Made by a program: the position numbers and the translations under genes | The notes under the pieces: model-generated | Databases searched by the model: none | Told to the model about the DNA's origin: nothing | What the model saw: the letters and a program-made list of their open reading frames with translations, nothing else | In this document: positions 9,718 to 19,543 of the stretch, piece after piece | Numbering within the stretch: position 1 is the stretch's first letter | Layout: each line of letters starts with the position of its first letter | IMG/VR virus record: IMGVR_UViG_3300027974_000021 | Reading direction: 5' to 3' (one strand) | DNA: 64,000 nucleotides | Source of the DNA: a virus

Positions 9718-10227
9718 ATGAATAAAGCGACTCTTAAAAAATTAATTCCTGTTTATATAGATCATAACAATAAATTTCATAAAATTAAAGATTATTTTGT
9801 TCATGAAGATACTGGTGATGTTTGGTCTTTTAAATGGAGAAGATATATGAAACTTAAACCTCCTATATGTAAAAATAAACCAAAATCATCACGAGATCTT
9901 TATCCTTATTTGTCTATTCATAATAAAAAAATATTTAAAAATCTTGCTGGCACAAGAAAAACTATGGATATTCATAAAATTGTTAAAACTTCTTTAATTT
10001 TTCATTACAATACTCTCGCAAAAGAACTTATAAAAGTTTATAAGCATATACAAAAAAAAGATTTATCACTATTACCAAAATCAATCCAAGAACAATTATA
10101 TAGAGGATTAATAGTGAATCATATAGACCACAATAAACGAAATTACAATCCAAAAAACCTTGAATTAGAATCTTTTCAAGGTAATGCAGTTAAATATCAA
10201 AAACATAAAAAACAAAAAGCACTATGA
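9718..10227 (+). mobile_element. Free-standing HNH homing endonuclease
   Basis: VNHIDHNKRNYNPKNLE HNH motif; lies between gp45 and gp44, which are normally adjacent. Confidence 0.8.
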
Positions 10228-11177
10228 TAAACACATCTGAAAACCAATTTGTTTGGGTTGAGAAGTATCGCCCTCGCACAATAAACGAATGTATTTTACC
10301 TAAAAAATTTAAACTTACATTAAAGTCTTTCATTAAAGGAGGACAGATACCACACTTTCTATTTTATGGTACAGCAGGAGTTGGTAAAACTACTGTGGCT
10401 CGTGCACTATGTGATGAAATTGGTGCTGAGTATATAATCATAAATGGTTCTGAAGAGGGTCGTATGATTGACACTCTAAGAGTGAAGATTAAAGGATTCG
10501 CTTCAACTGTATCTTTGACTGCAGCAAAAAAAGTAATTATTCTAGATGAAGCTGATTATATGACTCCGAATATAATGCAACCAGCTTTACGAGCATTTAT
10601 AGAAGAATTTTCTTCTAATTGTAGATTTATACTTACTTGTAATTTTAAGAATAAAATTATTGATCCGATTAAATCAAGATGTTCTGTAGTTGACTTTAAA
10701 ATACCAAATGATGAGAGAGCAGTTATTGCTACTGATTTTTTCAATAGAGTTGTTGAGATCCTGGAAAAAGAAAATATAAAATACGATAAGAAAGTAGTCG
10801 CTACTCTTATACAAAAGTTCTTTCCTGACTTTAGAAAAACATTAAACGAACTACAAAGATATTCGGTAGGTGGTACTATCGACACAGGAGTTCTTGTGGG
10901 GGTATCAGATGAGTCTTACACACACTTATTTAAATATTTAAAGAATAAAGAGTGGGATAAAATGCGTGAGTGGATTGATCTTAATTCAGACATTGATACT
11001 ACAAATTTATTCTCAGAAATATTTGAAAAATGCCAACCAGCAATTGAAAAGAATTCAATACCAGAGTTGGTGTTAATACTAGCAGATTATCAATACAAGT
11101 CAGCTTTCGTAGCAGATGCGAATATTAATAAGATTGCTGCAATGACAGAGATAATGAAAAAATGTCAGTGGAAGTAA
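10224..11177 (+). CDS. gp44: Clamp loader large subunit
   Basis: WVEKYRP, GTAGVGKTT, ILDEAD, SRC. Confidence 0.97.
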   Translation: MINTSENQFVWVEKYRPRTINECILPKKFKLTLKSFIKGGQIPHFLFYGTAGVGKTTVARALCDEIGAEYIIINGSEEGRMIDTLRVKIKGFASTVSLTAAKKVIILDEADYMTPNIMQPALRAFIEEFSSNCRFILTCNFKNKIIDPIKSRCSVVDFKIPNDERAVIATDFFNRVVEILEKENIKYDKKVVATLIQKFFPDFRKTLNELQRYSVGGTIDTGVLVGVSDESYTHLFKYLKNKEWDKMREWIDLNSDIDTTNLFSEIFEKCQPAIEKNSIPELVLILADYQYKSAFVADANINKIAAMTEIMKKCQWK

Positions 11178-11572
11178 AAAAGTATAAAACAAATCCATTT
11201 AAGTTCGTCACAGCTATCAATTACAGTAAAGAAAACCTACATGAAACAGAGACTTTCGAAGAAGATTATTTGCCTTATATTATTAATAGATCTCTCTCTA
11301 TGTTTCCAGATACAGTCCAAATAGCTAATGAAATCAACATTTTGCACTATGTTCCAAAGAAGTGGCAATTTCTGTTTTACCTAAATATAGTCGCTAAGAA
11401 GAAAAGATATTCGAATAAAAAGTGGGCAAAAAAATCTAAAGATTCTAATGAACCTTTTATTATGGAATATTATAACGTTTCTGCTCAAAAAGCAAAAGAG
11501 ATATTATCCCTTTTAAAACCAGAGCAGATTGAAATTATTAAATCAAAATTTTATAAAGGTGGCATACAATGA
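11162..11572 (+). CDS. gp62: Clamp loader small subunit
   Basis: YLPYIINRSLS, KKKRYSNKKWAK, MEYYNVS; synteny. Confidence 0.9.
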   Translation: MSVEVKKYKTNPFKFVTAINYSKENLHETETFEEDYLPYIINRSLSMFPDTVQIANEINILHYVPKKWQFLFYLNIVAKKKRYSNKKWAKKSKDSNEPFIMEYYNVSAQKAKEILSLLKPEQIEIIKSKFYKGGIQ

Positions 11573-12036
11573 GTGAAGTTGAAAATAAACAAGAATCATT
11601 AGAGACTGTAAAAGAAGATTCAAATAAGTCTGTTCCATATGCATGGAGTCCAGACAAAATGTTAGAAGTTTTTCTGATCGAACCAGATAACTTTTTAAAA
11701 ATTAGAGAAACATTAACACGTATCGGTATCGCAAGTCGTACTGATAAAAAACTATATCAATCTTGTCATATATTACATAAACAAGGAAGATATTTTATCG
11801 TTCATTTTAAAGAATTATTCTCTTTAGATGGAAAAGAATCTAATATTACTACAAACGATATTGAAAGAAGAAATACAATAGCTGTATTATTGGCTGATTG
11901 GGGATTATTAAAAATTAAAGATCTTGCCCAAATTTCATCAAAAGCTTCTTTAAGTCAAATCAAAGTTTTAGCACATAAAGACAAAGCAGGTTGGGAACTT
12001 GTGGCTAAATATAATATTGGAAAAAGAGCAAAATAA
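11569..12036 (+). CDS. regA: Translational repressor RegA
   Basis: FLKIRETLTRIGIAS, LYQSCHILHKQGRYFIVHFKELF. Confidence 0.97.
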   Translation: MSEVENKQESLETVKEDSNKSVPYAWSPDKMLEVFLIEPDNFLKIRETLTRIGIASRTDKKLYQSCHILHKQGRYFIVHFKELFSLDGKESNITTNDIERRNTIAVLLADWGLLKIKDLAQISSKASLSQIKVLAHKDKAGWELVAKYNIGKRAK

Positions 12037-12192
12037 ATGTTTTATATTTGGCATACTTTATTAGTAGTTGCTTTTATAGTTATGGCATTCTTTATGGGTC
12101 TTATTTTAGGTAAGAAAATAGACTCAAAGACACGAAATTTAAGCTTATTGAATAAAAAAAAAGATAATAAATTCAATAACTTGAATAAATAA
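12037..12192 (+). CDS. Small membrane protein (51 aa, not in ORF track)
   Basis: MFYIWHTLLVVAFIVMAFFMGLILGKK...; starts immediately after the regA stop. Confidence 0.55.
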   Translation: MFYIWHTLLVVAFIVMAFFMGLILGKKIDSKTRNLSLLNKKKDNKFNNLNK

Positions 12193-12205
12193 TATTGTAT
12201 AGGTA

Positions 12206-12233
12206 CTAGTAATTTTAAAAATAATACCTATAT
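12206..12233 (+). promoter_or_regulatory. Candidate RpoH (sigma32)-type promoter
   Basis: CTAG-N17-CCTATAT versus alphaproteobacterial consensus CTTG-N17-CYTATNT; upstream of the hsp20 operon. Confidence 0.5.
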
Positions 12234-12240
12234 AATAGTG

Positions 12241-12335
12241 TATATTCGATCGTTGTATCGAGTATAACATACCTGATTGTTCCAATAGTGGAAAGTCAGC
12301 AGTAAATAATAACCTTGCTTTCACAGGAGGATATA
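12241..12335 (+). ncRNA. ROSE-like RNA thermometer (structured 5' UTR)
   Basis: Three successive hairpins; the last, CCTTGCT-ttcac-AGGAGG, pairs a UUGCU motif with the SD. Confidence 0.65.
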
Positions 12336-12539
12336 ATGATAGCAAACATAAACCAAGCGATTGACACTCTGTCAAACGCACAAAAGTCTTTAGTAGAAAC
12401 TTTTATTAAAGATTCAAAAGTAGCAGAACCAGTAAATACAATTATTGATGCTACTCAAACTTTTAGCAAAACATTAGCAAAATCATTCGTCAACTTAACA
12501 GAGACATTTGTTGCGAACGTTAGCAAAGGAGGAAAGTAA
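12336..12539 (+). CDS. Small amphipathic helical protein (phasin-like?)
   Basis: AGGAGG RBS then ATG 12336; stop overlaps hsp20 start (TAATG). Confidence 0.7.
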   Translation: MIANINQAIDTLSNAQKSLVETFIKDSKVAEPVNTIIDATQTFSKTLAKSFVNLTETFVANVSKGGK

Positions 12540-12985
12540 TGACTAGACTTCCTACTTTTTTTAACGATGCGTTCAAAGACTTTGATAAGTTTTTCGTAGG
12601 TTTCGATGACCAATTGGCACGATTCCACGATATACACGAGTCATTTGGCAAAATGATACCAAACTACCCACCATACAACTTAAAAAAAGTTGACGAAAAC
12701 AAATATGTTATCGAAGTGGCTGTAGCTGGTTTTGCGAGATCAGATATTGAAATCACACTAGAAGATGACAAATTAGTTATCAAAGGTGAGTCAAAGTCTG
12801 ATGAATCAAAATCAAAAGATGTTGATCTATACAAAGGTATAGCAAATCGTGCTTTCGAAAGATCGTTTGCACTGTCTGAGAATATCGAAGTAAAAGATGC
12901 TCAATATCTAAATGGTATGTTAAAAGTTATTCTTGAAAGAATAATCCCAGAACATAAAAAACCAAAAAAAATAGAAGTAAAATAA
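12539..12985 (+). CDS. hsp20: Small heat shock protein
   Basis: NYPPYNL, IEVAVAGF, KGIANRAFERSF, NGMLKV. Confidence 0.96.
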   Translation: MTRLPTFFNDAFKDFDKFFVGFDDQLARFHDIHESFGKMIPNYPPYNLKKVDENKYVIEVAVAGFARSDIEITLEDDKLVIKGESKSDESKSKDVDLYKGIANRAFERSFALSENIEVKDAQYLNGMLKVILERIIPEHKKPKKIEVK

Positions 12986-12996
12986 TCTATTTAAAA

Positions 12997-13026
12997 GATT
13001 GGTGGAGTTTAATTATTCCACCAATC
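12997..13026 (+). terminator. Hairpin after hsp20
   Basis: GATTGGTGGA...TCCACCAATC, 10-bp stem. Confidence 0.55.
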
Positions 13027-13404
13027 AAAAATACATTTAAAGAGAAAAATAAAATGACACCTTATAACATATGTGAAAACAAATGGATAAGTAAAGCTAA
13101 AAAAGAAATAAAAAATAATTATAAAGAATATCAACCTATATATGAAATATTTGTAGGCATATCATTACTTATAATTTTTATTTTAGCAATACTTACTGCA
13201 TTAAGTAGTTTTCTATAAAATATGAACAATCTTAATAGAGATTGTATTAATCACCTTAATTGTTTAGGCATTCCTTGTTGTTTGCTTAAACAATGCAAGT
13301 GCGAAGAACCATTCACTTTGCAGAAACATATATCCACACCCGATACACCTATCAAAACTCCATCAGAATTACTCCAGGATGAATTGGAGCCGATTCTCTA
13401 AACC

Positions 13405-13433
13405 TTTACATACAAGTATTTTTATAATATAAT
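13405..13433 (+). promoter_or_regulatory. Early promoter, probably leaderless
   Basis: TTTACA-N17-TATAAT, ATG 7 nt downstream. Confidence 0.7.
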
Positions 13434-13440
13434 ATAGTCT

Positions 13441-13761
13441 ATGAATCAAAATAATCCACAAGTTAAAATAATCGTATTGTTAAATGGTCAACATATGATT
13501 GGTAAAGTAATTAAAGAAGATGAAAAGGAACTTACTATTGAAGCACCTGCTGTTATATTAACAGGTGAAGATGGTAAGGAACAAAAAAGAATGTCATTAG
13601 CATTCGCACCATTTCTTCCATTCTCATCAGATAAAGTATTTACTTTTAGATCAGATATGATATTAACAACATCAATTCCAGCAGAAGCATTAACTAACGA
13701 ATATAATCGTATGTTTGGCTCTGGTTTGGATATTATAACAAAACCATCTTTAATCGTATAA
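13441..13761 (+). CDS. Conserved T4-like hypothetical protein (Sm-like fold likely)
   Basis: IIVLLNGQHMIG...LAFAPFLPF...EYNRMFGSG; usual position before gp43. Confidence 0.7.
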   Translation: MNQNNPQVKIIVLLNGQHMIGKVIKEDEKELTIEAPAVILTGEDGKEQKRMSLAFAPFLPFSSDKVFTFRSDMILTTSIPAEALTNEYNRMFGSGLDIITKPSLIV

Positions 13762-13771
13762 TTAAAGAAAC

Positions 13772-13800
13772 TTTACTTCCAAGAAATTTTATAGTATAAT
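13772..13800 (+). promoter_or_regulatory. Early promoter
   Basis: TTTACT-N17-TATAAT. Confidence 0.7.
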
Positions 13801-13854
13801 ATATGGTAGTAAAGTAAAAATAAACAATATAGTACAACAAGGAGTAAATATATA

Positions 13855-14205
13855 ATGACTATACTAAAAAGAATGTTCGGTAGAAAATCTTCTGCAAGAA
13901 GTGTAAAACCAACATTATCGAAAAAAGCGAAAGTGTTAAACCTTTTATCAAAAGGTGAAAACATTGCATGGAAAACAATCAGAGATAGATTTGATCTAGA
14001 ATCTCCAAGAGCGATGATTGACACATTAAGAGCAGAAGGTCATATGATTTATGGCAATAAAGTTGCTGGTAAAACATATTACAGACTAGGAGCACCAACA
14101 AGAGCAATTATTGCTGCTGGTATTCAAGCTTTATATGGTACAAAATTCAAATATTCTAATTGGAAAAATCCAGTAAGAAAATCTGAATTGTCACCAATTA
14201 ACTAA
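13855..14205 (+). CDS. Winged-helix-like DNA-binding protein
   Basis: KAKVLNLLSKG...FDLESPRAMIDTLRAEGHMIY...YRLG; AAGGAG RBS. Confidence 0.7.
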   Translation: MTILKRMFGRKSSARSVKPTLSKKAKVLNLLSKGENIAWKTIRDRFDLESPRAMIDTLRAEGHMIYGNKVAGKTYYRLGAPTRAIIAAGIQALYGTKFKYSNWKNPVRKSELSPIN

Positions 14206-14360
14206 TTAAAGAATTTACTGAGAGGGCTAAATCCTTGCCAGTAAATAGTGGTGTGCCTTTATCTTCTTCTTCTTAGAATTGAAGAAATTTGTTATGTGCC
14301 TTCAAATGTGGCACACCACTCTTAATAAAAAGGTTGCGATATATTCGCGAGAAAAAATAA

Positions 14361-16865
14361 ATGAATTCTAAAATAGGTACAAATTTTTACACTAACGTTT
14401 CCACTACAGCCAACGATGTGCTCGTTCGAGCAGTCACTGATGTTGGTACTCGAATCCAAGAACGAATCCCTTTTAAACCACACTGTTATATTACCAAAGG
14501 AACTGGTGATACACCCTACAAAACACTAGACGGAAAACCTTGTTATAGAGTTAATTTTGACTCTATGAAACACGCAAGAACATTTTTTGAAGAATTTAAA
14601 ACAATCTCTAATTTTGACGTGCATGGAATGCTTTCATTCACTCATCAATATATTAATCAAGCATATCCTGAAGCAAGTTTAGATTTTGATTATTACAAAA
14701 TAAGAATCTATTCTTTAGATATAGAAACAACAACTGAGAATGGTTTTCCAGACGTAAATAATCCAACTGAATCTATTATACTTCTTTCAGTACAAGACAT
14801 TCATACTAAAAAAATCATCACATGGGGATTAAAAAAATATACAGGAGAACGTACAGATGTTGAATATCGTGCTTTCCCTGATGAGAATGCTATGCTTGAT
14901 GATTTTATTAAGTGGTGGCATAAAAATTGTCCAGACATTATTACTGGTTGGAATGTAGGTGCATTTGATACAGTTTATCTTTATAAAAGAATTCAGATAT
15001 TGCTAGGTGATTATACTGCTAAGAAATTAAGTCCATGGTCTTTTATTTCATCTAAAACAGTTTCAGTAAGAAATAGACAAACAACATATATTGATTTTGA
15101 AGGAACATCTCTTTTAGATTATATGAGTTTGTATAAGAAATATACTTATACGAATAAAGAATCTTATAAGCTTGTTGATATAGCACAAGATGAATTAGGT
15201 GTGACTAAATTAGATCACAGTGAATATGCTTCATTTAAAGAATTTTATACAAAGAACTGGAATAAGTTTGTTGATTATAACATAAGAGATACTGAATTAA
15301 TTACTCAACTAGAAGATAAAATGCGTCTTTTAGAATTAATTGTCACTTTTGCATATAAAGCGAAAGTTAATTTTACTGACGTTTATTCTCAAGTAAGAAC
15401 TTGGGATATGATTATTCACAATCACCTTATACAGAAAAATATTATTATTCCACCTAAAAAACCAATAGGAAAAAGTCAACAATTTGAAGGAGCATATGTA
15501 AAAGATCCAATCTTAGGAATGCATAAATGGGTTGTTGGGTTTGACTTAACTTCACTTTATCCACATTTAATTATGCATTATAATATCTCACCAGAAACAA
15601 TTCAAAATAAAACTTACAAATCAGGAGTAGATCATTATCTAAACAATCCAGCTGAGTTTCAAGATGATGAAACTGTTGCTGTAAATGGTTCAGTTTATAC
15701 AAATAAAATTGAGGGAATGCTTCCTAATATTATGAATACTTTTTATGCTCAAAGAGATATTGCTAAAAAGAAATTAATAGAAGCTGAAAAACAATTTCAA
15801 ACAACCAAAGATCCTAAGCTTAAAAAAGTTATATCAAAATATAATAACGAACAAATGGCTTATAAGATCGCTCTGAATAGTGCTTATGGTGCGATAGGTA
15901 ATGAACATTTTAGATATTTCGACATACGTATGGCTGAAGCAATCACACTTGGTGGACAACTTGCCATAAAATGGATTCATAATAAGATGAATGATTATGT
16001 GAACAAAATTTTAAAAACAGAAAATAAAGATTATATTATTGCAGTTGATACAGATTCAATTTATGTAAATTTTGAAAAAATAGTAGAGAAAGCATTCTTA
16101 GATGTACCTGATAGAGCAAAGATTGTAGCATTTATAGATAAAATTTGTCAAGATAAAATAATACCATATATCAATACTTGTTATGATGAATTAGCAAAAC
16201 GTCATAATGCTAAGAATAAAATGATAATGAAACGAGAGAGTATTTCTGATAGAGCAATATGGACTGCTAAGAAAAGATATATTCTTTCAGTATTAGATCA
16301 AGAGGGTATTTCTTATAGTACACCAAAATTTAAAATAATGGGTTTAGAAATTGTTAAATCAAGTACACCTATGATTGTAAGGAAAAAGCTTAAAGATGCT
16401 CTTCCTATTATATTATATGGCAATCAATATGAATTATTTAATTTTATTAACAACTATAAAAAAGAATTTTATAGTTTAAGACCAGAACAGATTGCATTCC
16501 CTAGATCATGTCAAGGTATAAACGAATATGCTGATTCTGTAAAGATTTATAAACTATCAACACCAATGCATACTCGTGGTGCGTTAATGCATAATCATTT
16601 TGTAAATAAAATGAAACTAGCGAAGAAAATTGCTCTTATAAGAGAAAGTGATAAAATTAAATTCATACATCTTAAAACACCAAATCCTTTACAATCTACA
16701 AATGTAATTGCTTTTTTAGACACACTACCAAGTGAATTTAAAGTAGATCAATATATTGATTATGATACAATGTTTCAAAAAGTATTTTTAGATGCTTTAA
16801 AGTTGATTATTACACCATTGGGGTGGAAAACTGAAGAAACAAGTAGTTTAGAAAATTTCTTTTAA
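14361..16865 (+). CDS. gp43: Family B DNA polymerase
   Basis: DIETT exonuclease I, FDLTSLYPH, KIALNSAYG, VDTDS; C-terminal clamp peptide SLENFF. Confidence 0.98.
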   Translation: MNSKIGTNFYTNVSTTANDVLVRAVTDVGTRIQERIPFKPHCYITKGTGDTPYKTLDGKPCYRVNFDSMKHARTFFEEFKTISNFDVHGMLSFTHQYINQAYPEASLDFDYYKIRIYSLDIETTTENGFPDVNNPTESIILLSVQDIHTKKIITWGLKKYTGERTDVEYRAFPDENAMLDDFIKWWHKNCPDIITGWNVGAFDTVYLYKRIQILLGDYTAKKLSPWSFISSKTVSVRNRQTTYIDFEGTSLLDYMSLYKKYTYTNKESYKLVDIAQDELGVTKLDHSEYASFKEFYTKNWNKFVDYNIRDTELITQLEDKMRLLELIVTFAYKAKVNFTDVYSQVRTWDMIIHNHLIQKNIIIPPKKPIGKSQQFEGAYVKDPILGMHKWVVGFDLTSLYPHLIMHYNISPETIQNKTYKSGVDHYLNNPAEFQDDETVAVNGSVYTNKIEGMLPNIMNTFYAQRDIAKKKLIEAEKQFQTTKDPKLKKVISKYNNEQMAYKIALNSAYGAIGNEHFRYFDIRMAEAITLGGQLAIKWIHNKMNDYVNKILKTENKDYIIAVDTDSIYVNFEKIVEKAFLDVPDRAKIVAFIDKICQDKIIPYINTCYDELAKRHNAKNKMIMKRESISDRAIWTAKKRYILSVLDQEGISYSTPKFKIMGLEIVKSSTPMIVRKKLKDALPIILYGNQYELFNFINNYKKEFYSLRPEQIAFPRSCQGINEYADSVKIYKLSTPMHTRGALMHNHFVNKMKLAKKIALIRESDKIKFIHLKTPNPLQSTNVIAFLDTLPSEFKVDQYIDYDTMFQKVFLDALKLIITPLGWKTEETSSLENFF

Positions 16866-16866
16866 A

Positions 16867-16935
16867 TAAGCCATTGATTTTATTAACTTTTTTCTTTACA
16901 GAAAGCTTTACTTTTAATAAGAAATATGGTATAAT
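16867..16935 (+). promoter_or_regulatory. Extended early promoter with upstream TAAGNYATTGA box
   Basis: TAAGCCATTGA ... TTTACT-N17-TATAAT. Confidence 0.7.
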
Positions 16936-16944
16936 ATAGGGTGT

Positions 16945-17160
16945 ATGAGTAATAAAAGTATATTAAAAACTGAAGATATATTAACTGCTATTGATGTGTG
17001 TTCAAATATATTAATAGACACATTAAAAGACGTTGAATATCTTGAAACTAAAAAAGCAGAGGGTGATCTTGCTGATAGTGAATATCAAGAATTACACTAT
17101 GCTCGTGGATATTCTGATGCTATTCGTACAACAATAAAATACTTAGAAACAATAAAATAA
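16945..17160 (+). CDS. Hypothetical protein
   Basis: 71-aa ORF right after a promoter. Confidence 0.6.
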   Translation: MSNKSILKTEDILTAIDVCSNILIDTLKDVEYLETKKAEGDLADSEYQELHYARGYSDAIRTTIKYLETIK

Positions 17161-17163
17161 ACT

Positions 17164-17709
17164 ATGAAATATATTGACACAGATCTACCAGTAAAAAAAA
17201 CTATCTTTAAACCAAATTACATAACTCGAAAAACAAATTTCAATAATGGAAACGAAGTATATATTCTTAATGTAGTTAATTCTGTTGAAGCTATTAACAA
17301 ATTATATGGTGAATTTACTTTAGTGACTGGTAGATATTCTGTATATGATACTGTATCTAAGACACATATAGCTGAATTAAAAACTAGAACCTTTGGTTTA
17401 TACGATGAACATAATGAAAAGAAATTACATCCATTTATATTAAAAGGGTTGATGATTGGAAAGAAAAAATATGACAATCTAATGAGGATTTCAAAACAAT
17501 TTAATAAACCAACTTTGTATATTAATCATTTACAAGGTGATCATTTAATTATTTTTAATTTAAATGAAATTGATCCTACAAAATTAAAATTAATTAATAT
17601 GAGAGTAAAAGATAAAACATCTCAACAAATTATAATGAAACCGAGTTATCTACTCAACTATACACTTGGATCGTTTTATATTAATCAATTAGAAACACAA
17701 TATGTTTAA
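17164..17709 (+). CDS. Putative PD-(D/E)xK nuclease
   Basis: YSVYD...IAELKTR. Confidence 0.5.
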   Translation: MKYIDTDLPVKKTIFKPNYITRKTNFNNGNEVYILNVVNSVEAINKLYGEFTLVTGRYSVYDTVSKTHIAELKTRTFGLYDEHNEKKLHPFILKGLMIGKKKYDNLMRISKQFNKPTLYINHLQGDHLIIFNLNEIDPTKLKLINMRVKDKTSQQIIMKPSYLLNYTLGSFYINQLETQYV

Positions 17710-17944
17710 ACTTATATTTAAAGTTTTATTAGTATTTTGTGTTATATTCACAATACATAGTTTGGCTCGTAAGAATCCAACCTATGATGCTGTAGTTTTA
17801 AATTTAATACCAAACAGCTGTGATCGTGAATGTAAGAAAAAACTATTTGAAGCTGAGATGGAAGATTCAATGCAACAAATGGCAAAAAGTATAATGAGTG
17901 AGTTGTTATATCAAACAAAACAAATAACTAAGGATAGACAATAA
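17702..17944 (+). CDS. Hypothetical exported or membrane protein
   Basis: N-terminal hydrophobic segment. Confidence 0.6.
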   Translation: MFKLIFKVLLVFCVIFTIHSLARKNPTYDAVVLNLIPNSCDRECKKKLFEAEMEDSMQQMAKSIMSELLYQTKQITKDRQ

Positions 17945-18381
17945 TGGACACTAAATCTTTTAATTACAAAAAACAATCGCACGTTGAACAAGTGAATGAT
18001 GAATCTTTTGAAAATAAAGAAAAGATGAATACTAATAGAAATCAAGATTTAATTGGTGCAGTTATATTTGCAATTATATTAATATTACTTTTAACTTTTA
18101 TGCCAAAATCTGCTATATCAACTGAAAAGAAAATTAAAGATGAAATTACAGAATGGTATGAGAACACAACAATTTCGATAGCAAACGAAATAGTTTCTTT
18201 AGGAAATTCAGTAATTTCTGTTCCTAATAAAATAGAAACTGGATTATCTAATTTTTGGCAAGAAACAAAAACATATCAAATTGAAAGCTGGTCTAAAACA
18301 AGAGAAGAAAATCCAGTAGTGTTTTCAACAATTGATAAATTAAAAGAATATTTTGTACCAAATGGAACTGAAACGAAATGA
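17944..18381 (+). CDS. Hypothetical membrane-anchored protein
   Basis: Single hydrophobic segment LIGAVIFAIILILLLTF. Confidence 0.6.
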   Translation: MDTKSFNYKKQSHVEQVNDESFENKEKMNTNRNQDLIGAVIFAIILILLLTFMPKSAISTEKKIKDEITEWYENTTISIANEIVSLGNSVISVPNKIETGLSNFWQETKTYQIESWSKTREENPVVFSTIDKLKEYFVPNGTETK

Positions 18382-18463
18382 TATTATCTTATATATTTTT
18401 AATCATATTTTTTGCTGTAATAATTGGATTATGGTATCTATTAATTTCAGATATAATTAAATA

Positions 18464-18676
18464 ATGCATATGTTATATAATAAAATATTTATACATAAAC
18501 TTGTTGAAGATCTAGATGATGTAAGAGAGTATGTTGAAAACAACATGCCAGTTGCAGCAATTTCTAGAATCAATTTAATTAAAAAAGATATATTAAAAGC
18601 ATCAAGTGCTATTGATCAAGAAACTAAAATTAGAGGTAAGGTGACTGTAATTAGAAGAAAAGGGAATCATTGCTAA
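18464..18676 (+). CDS. Hypothetical protein
   Basis: 70-aa ORF within an operon. Confidence 0.5.
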   Translation: MHMLYNKIFIHKLVEDLDDVREYVENNMPVAAISRINLIKKDILKASSAIDQETKIRGKVTVIRRKGNHC

Positions 18677-19068
18677 TGAAAAGATTTATTTTTTTAACTA
18701 TATTCTACCTTATGCTTAGTTTTTTCCTTGCGAAAGCAGTGAGCGCACAAGCGATAGTAAGATCTTTCAATTCAGATGCATTTGTCACAGCTTATATTAA
18801 TGGCAATGCGTATGGGTATGATGCAGATAGAATTAATCGACAATCTGGTCCGAGAAATTCCTGCATTTATGAAAGTCAAGAAAGAACCAAAGATGGTGTA
18901 GTTATTGGCAGAGATGAAGTGAAGCGATGCCACGAAGAAGTAAAAACTGGTGAAAGTGATTCTTCTTTAATAAAAGATTTGATTACATCACCTCTTGGTG
19001 AAACGATGATAGTACTAATGTCTTCTCTTTTATTACAAAGAGTTGCTGGTGGTACATCTGCTAGATAG
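18676..19068 (+). CDS. Hypothetical secreted protein
   Basis: Signal peptide ending AVSA; two Cys. Confidence 0.6.
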   Translation: MKRFIFLTIFYLMLSFFLAKAVSAQAIVRSFNSDAFVTAYINGNAYGYDADRINRQSGPRNSCIYESQERTKDGVVIGRDEVKRCHEEVKTGESDSSLIKDLITSPLGETMIVLMSSLLLQRVAGGTSAR

Positions 19069-19083
19069 AAAGGAGGAAACGAT

Positions 19084-19536
19084 ATGAAAAAAATATTATT
19101 AATAGGTTCGTTAATGTTCTTAGGAGCATGTGCTGGTAATTTGTCTAAATTAGATGGCAAAGCATCAGTTGACGGAAACGAAGATTTAATTAAAGTTGCA
19201 GCATTAGTATGTAATGAATTTAAATCTACTGACGCAGTATTATATGGCTGTGGTTCTGGTGTGTCTTCAGACATGGAGTTATCAAAATCAAAAGCAATAT
19301 TAAATGCTAAAATTTCTGTTGCCGATGTATTATCAAACAGCTTAACAAAACAAGAAACATTGTCAACGACTGAAAGTACAAAAGACGGAGTAAATCGTCA
19401 GTATCAGTCAACAGAGAAAAACCAAACATTTGAACAATCCTTATCAAAGTATAAAGTTGTTTATGATAAACAATTTTTAGATCAAGGAAGATTCAGATCT
19501 TTTATAGTGATTGAATATAAAATAAAATCTCTATAA
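19084..19536 (+). CDS. Lipoprotein (LPP20-like)
   Basis: Lipobox LGAC; YGCGSGVS.D...SKSKA..NAK; AGGAGG RBS. Confidence 0.75.
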   Translation: MKKILLIGSLMFLGACAGNLSKLDGKASVDGNEDLIKVAALVCNEFKSTDAVLYGCGSGVSSDMELSKSKAILNAKISVADVLSNSLTKQETLSTTESTKDGVNRQYQSTEKNQTFEQSLSKYKVVYDKQFLDQGRFRSFIVIEYKIKSL

Positions 19537-19543
19537 TCCCATC

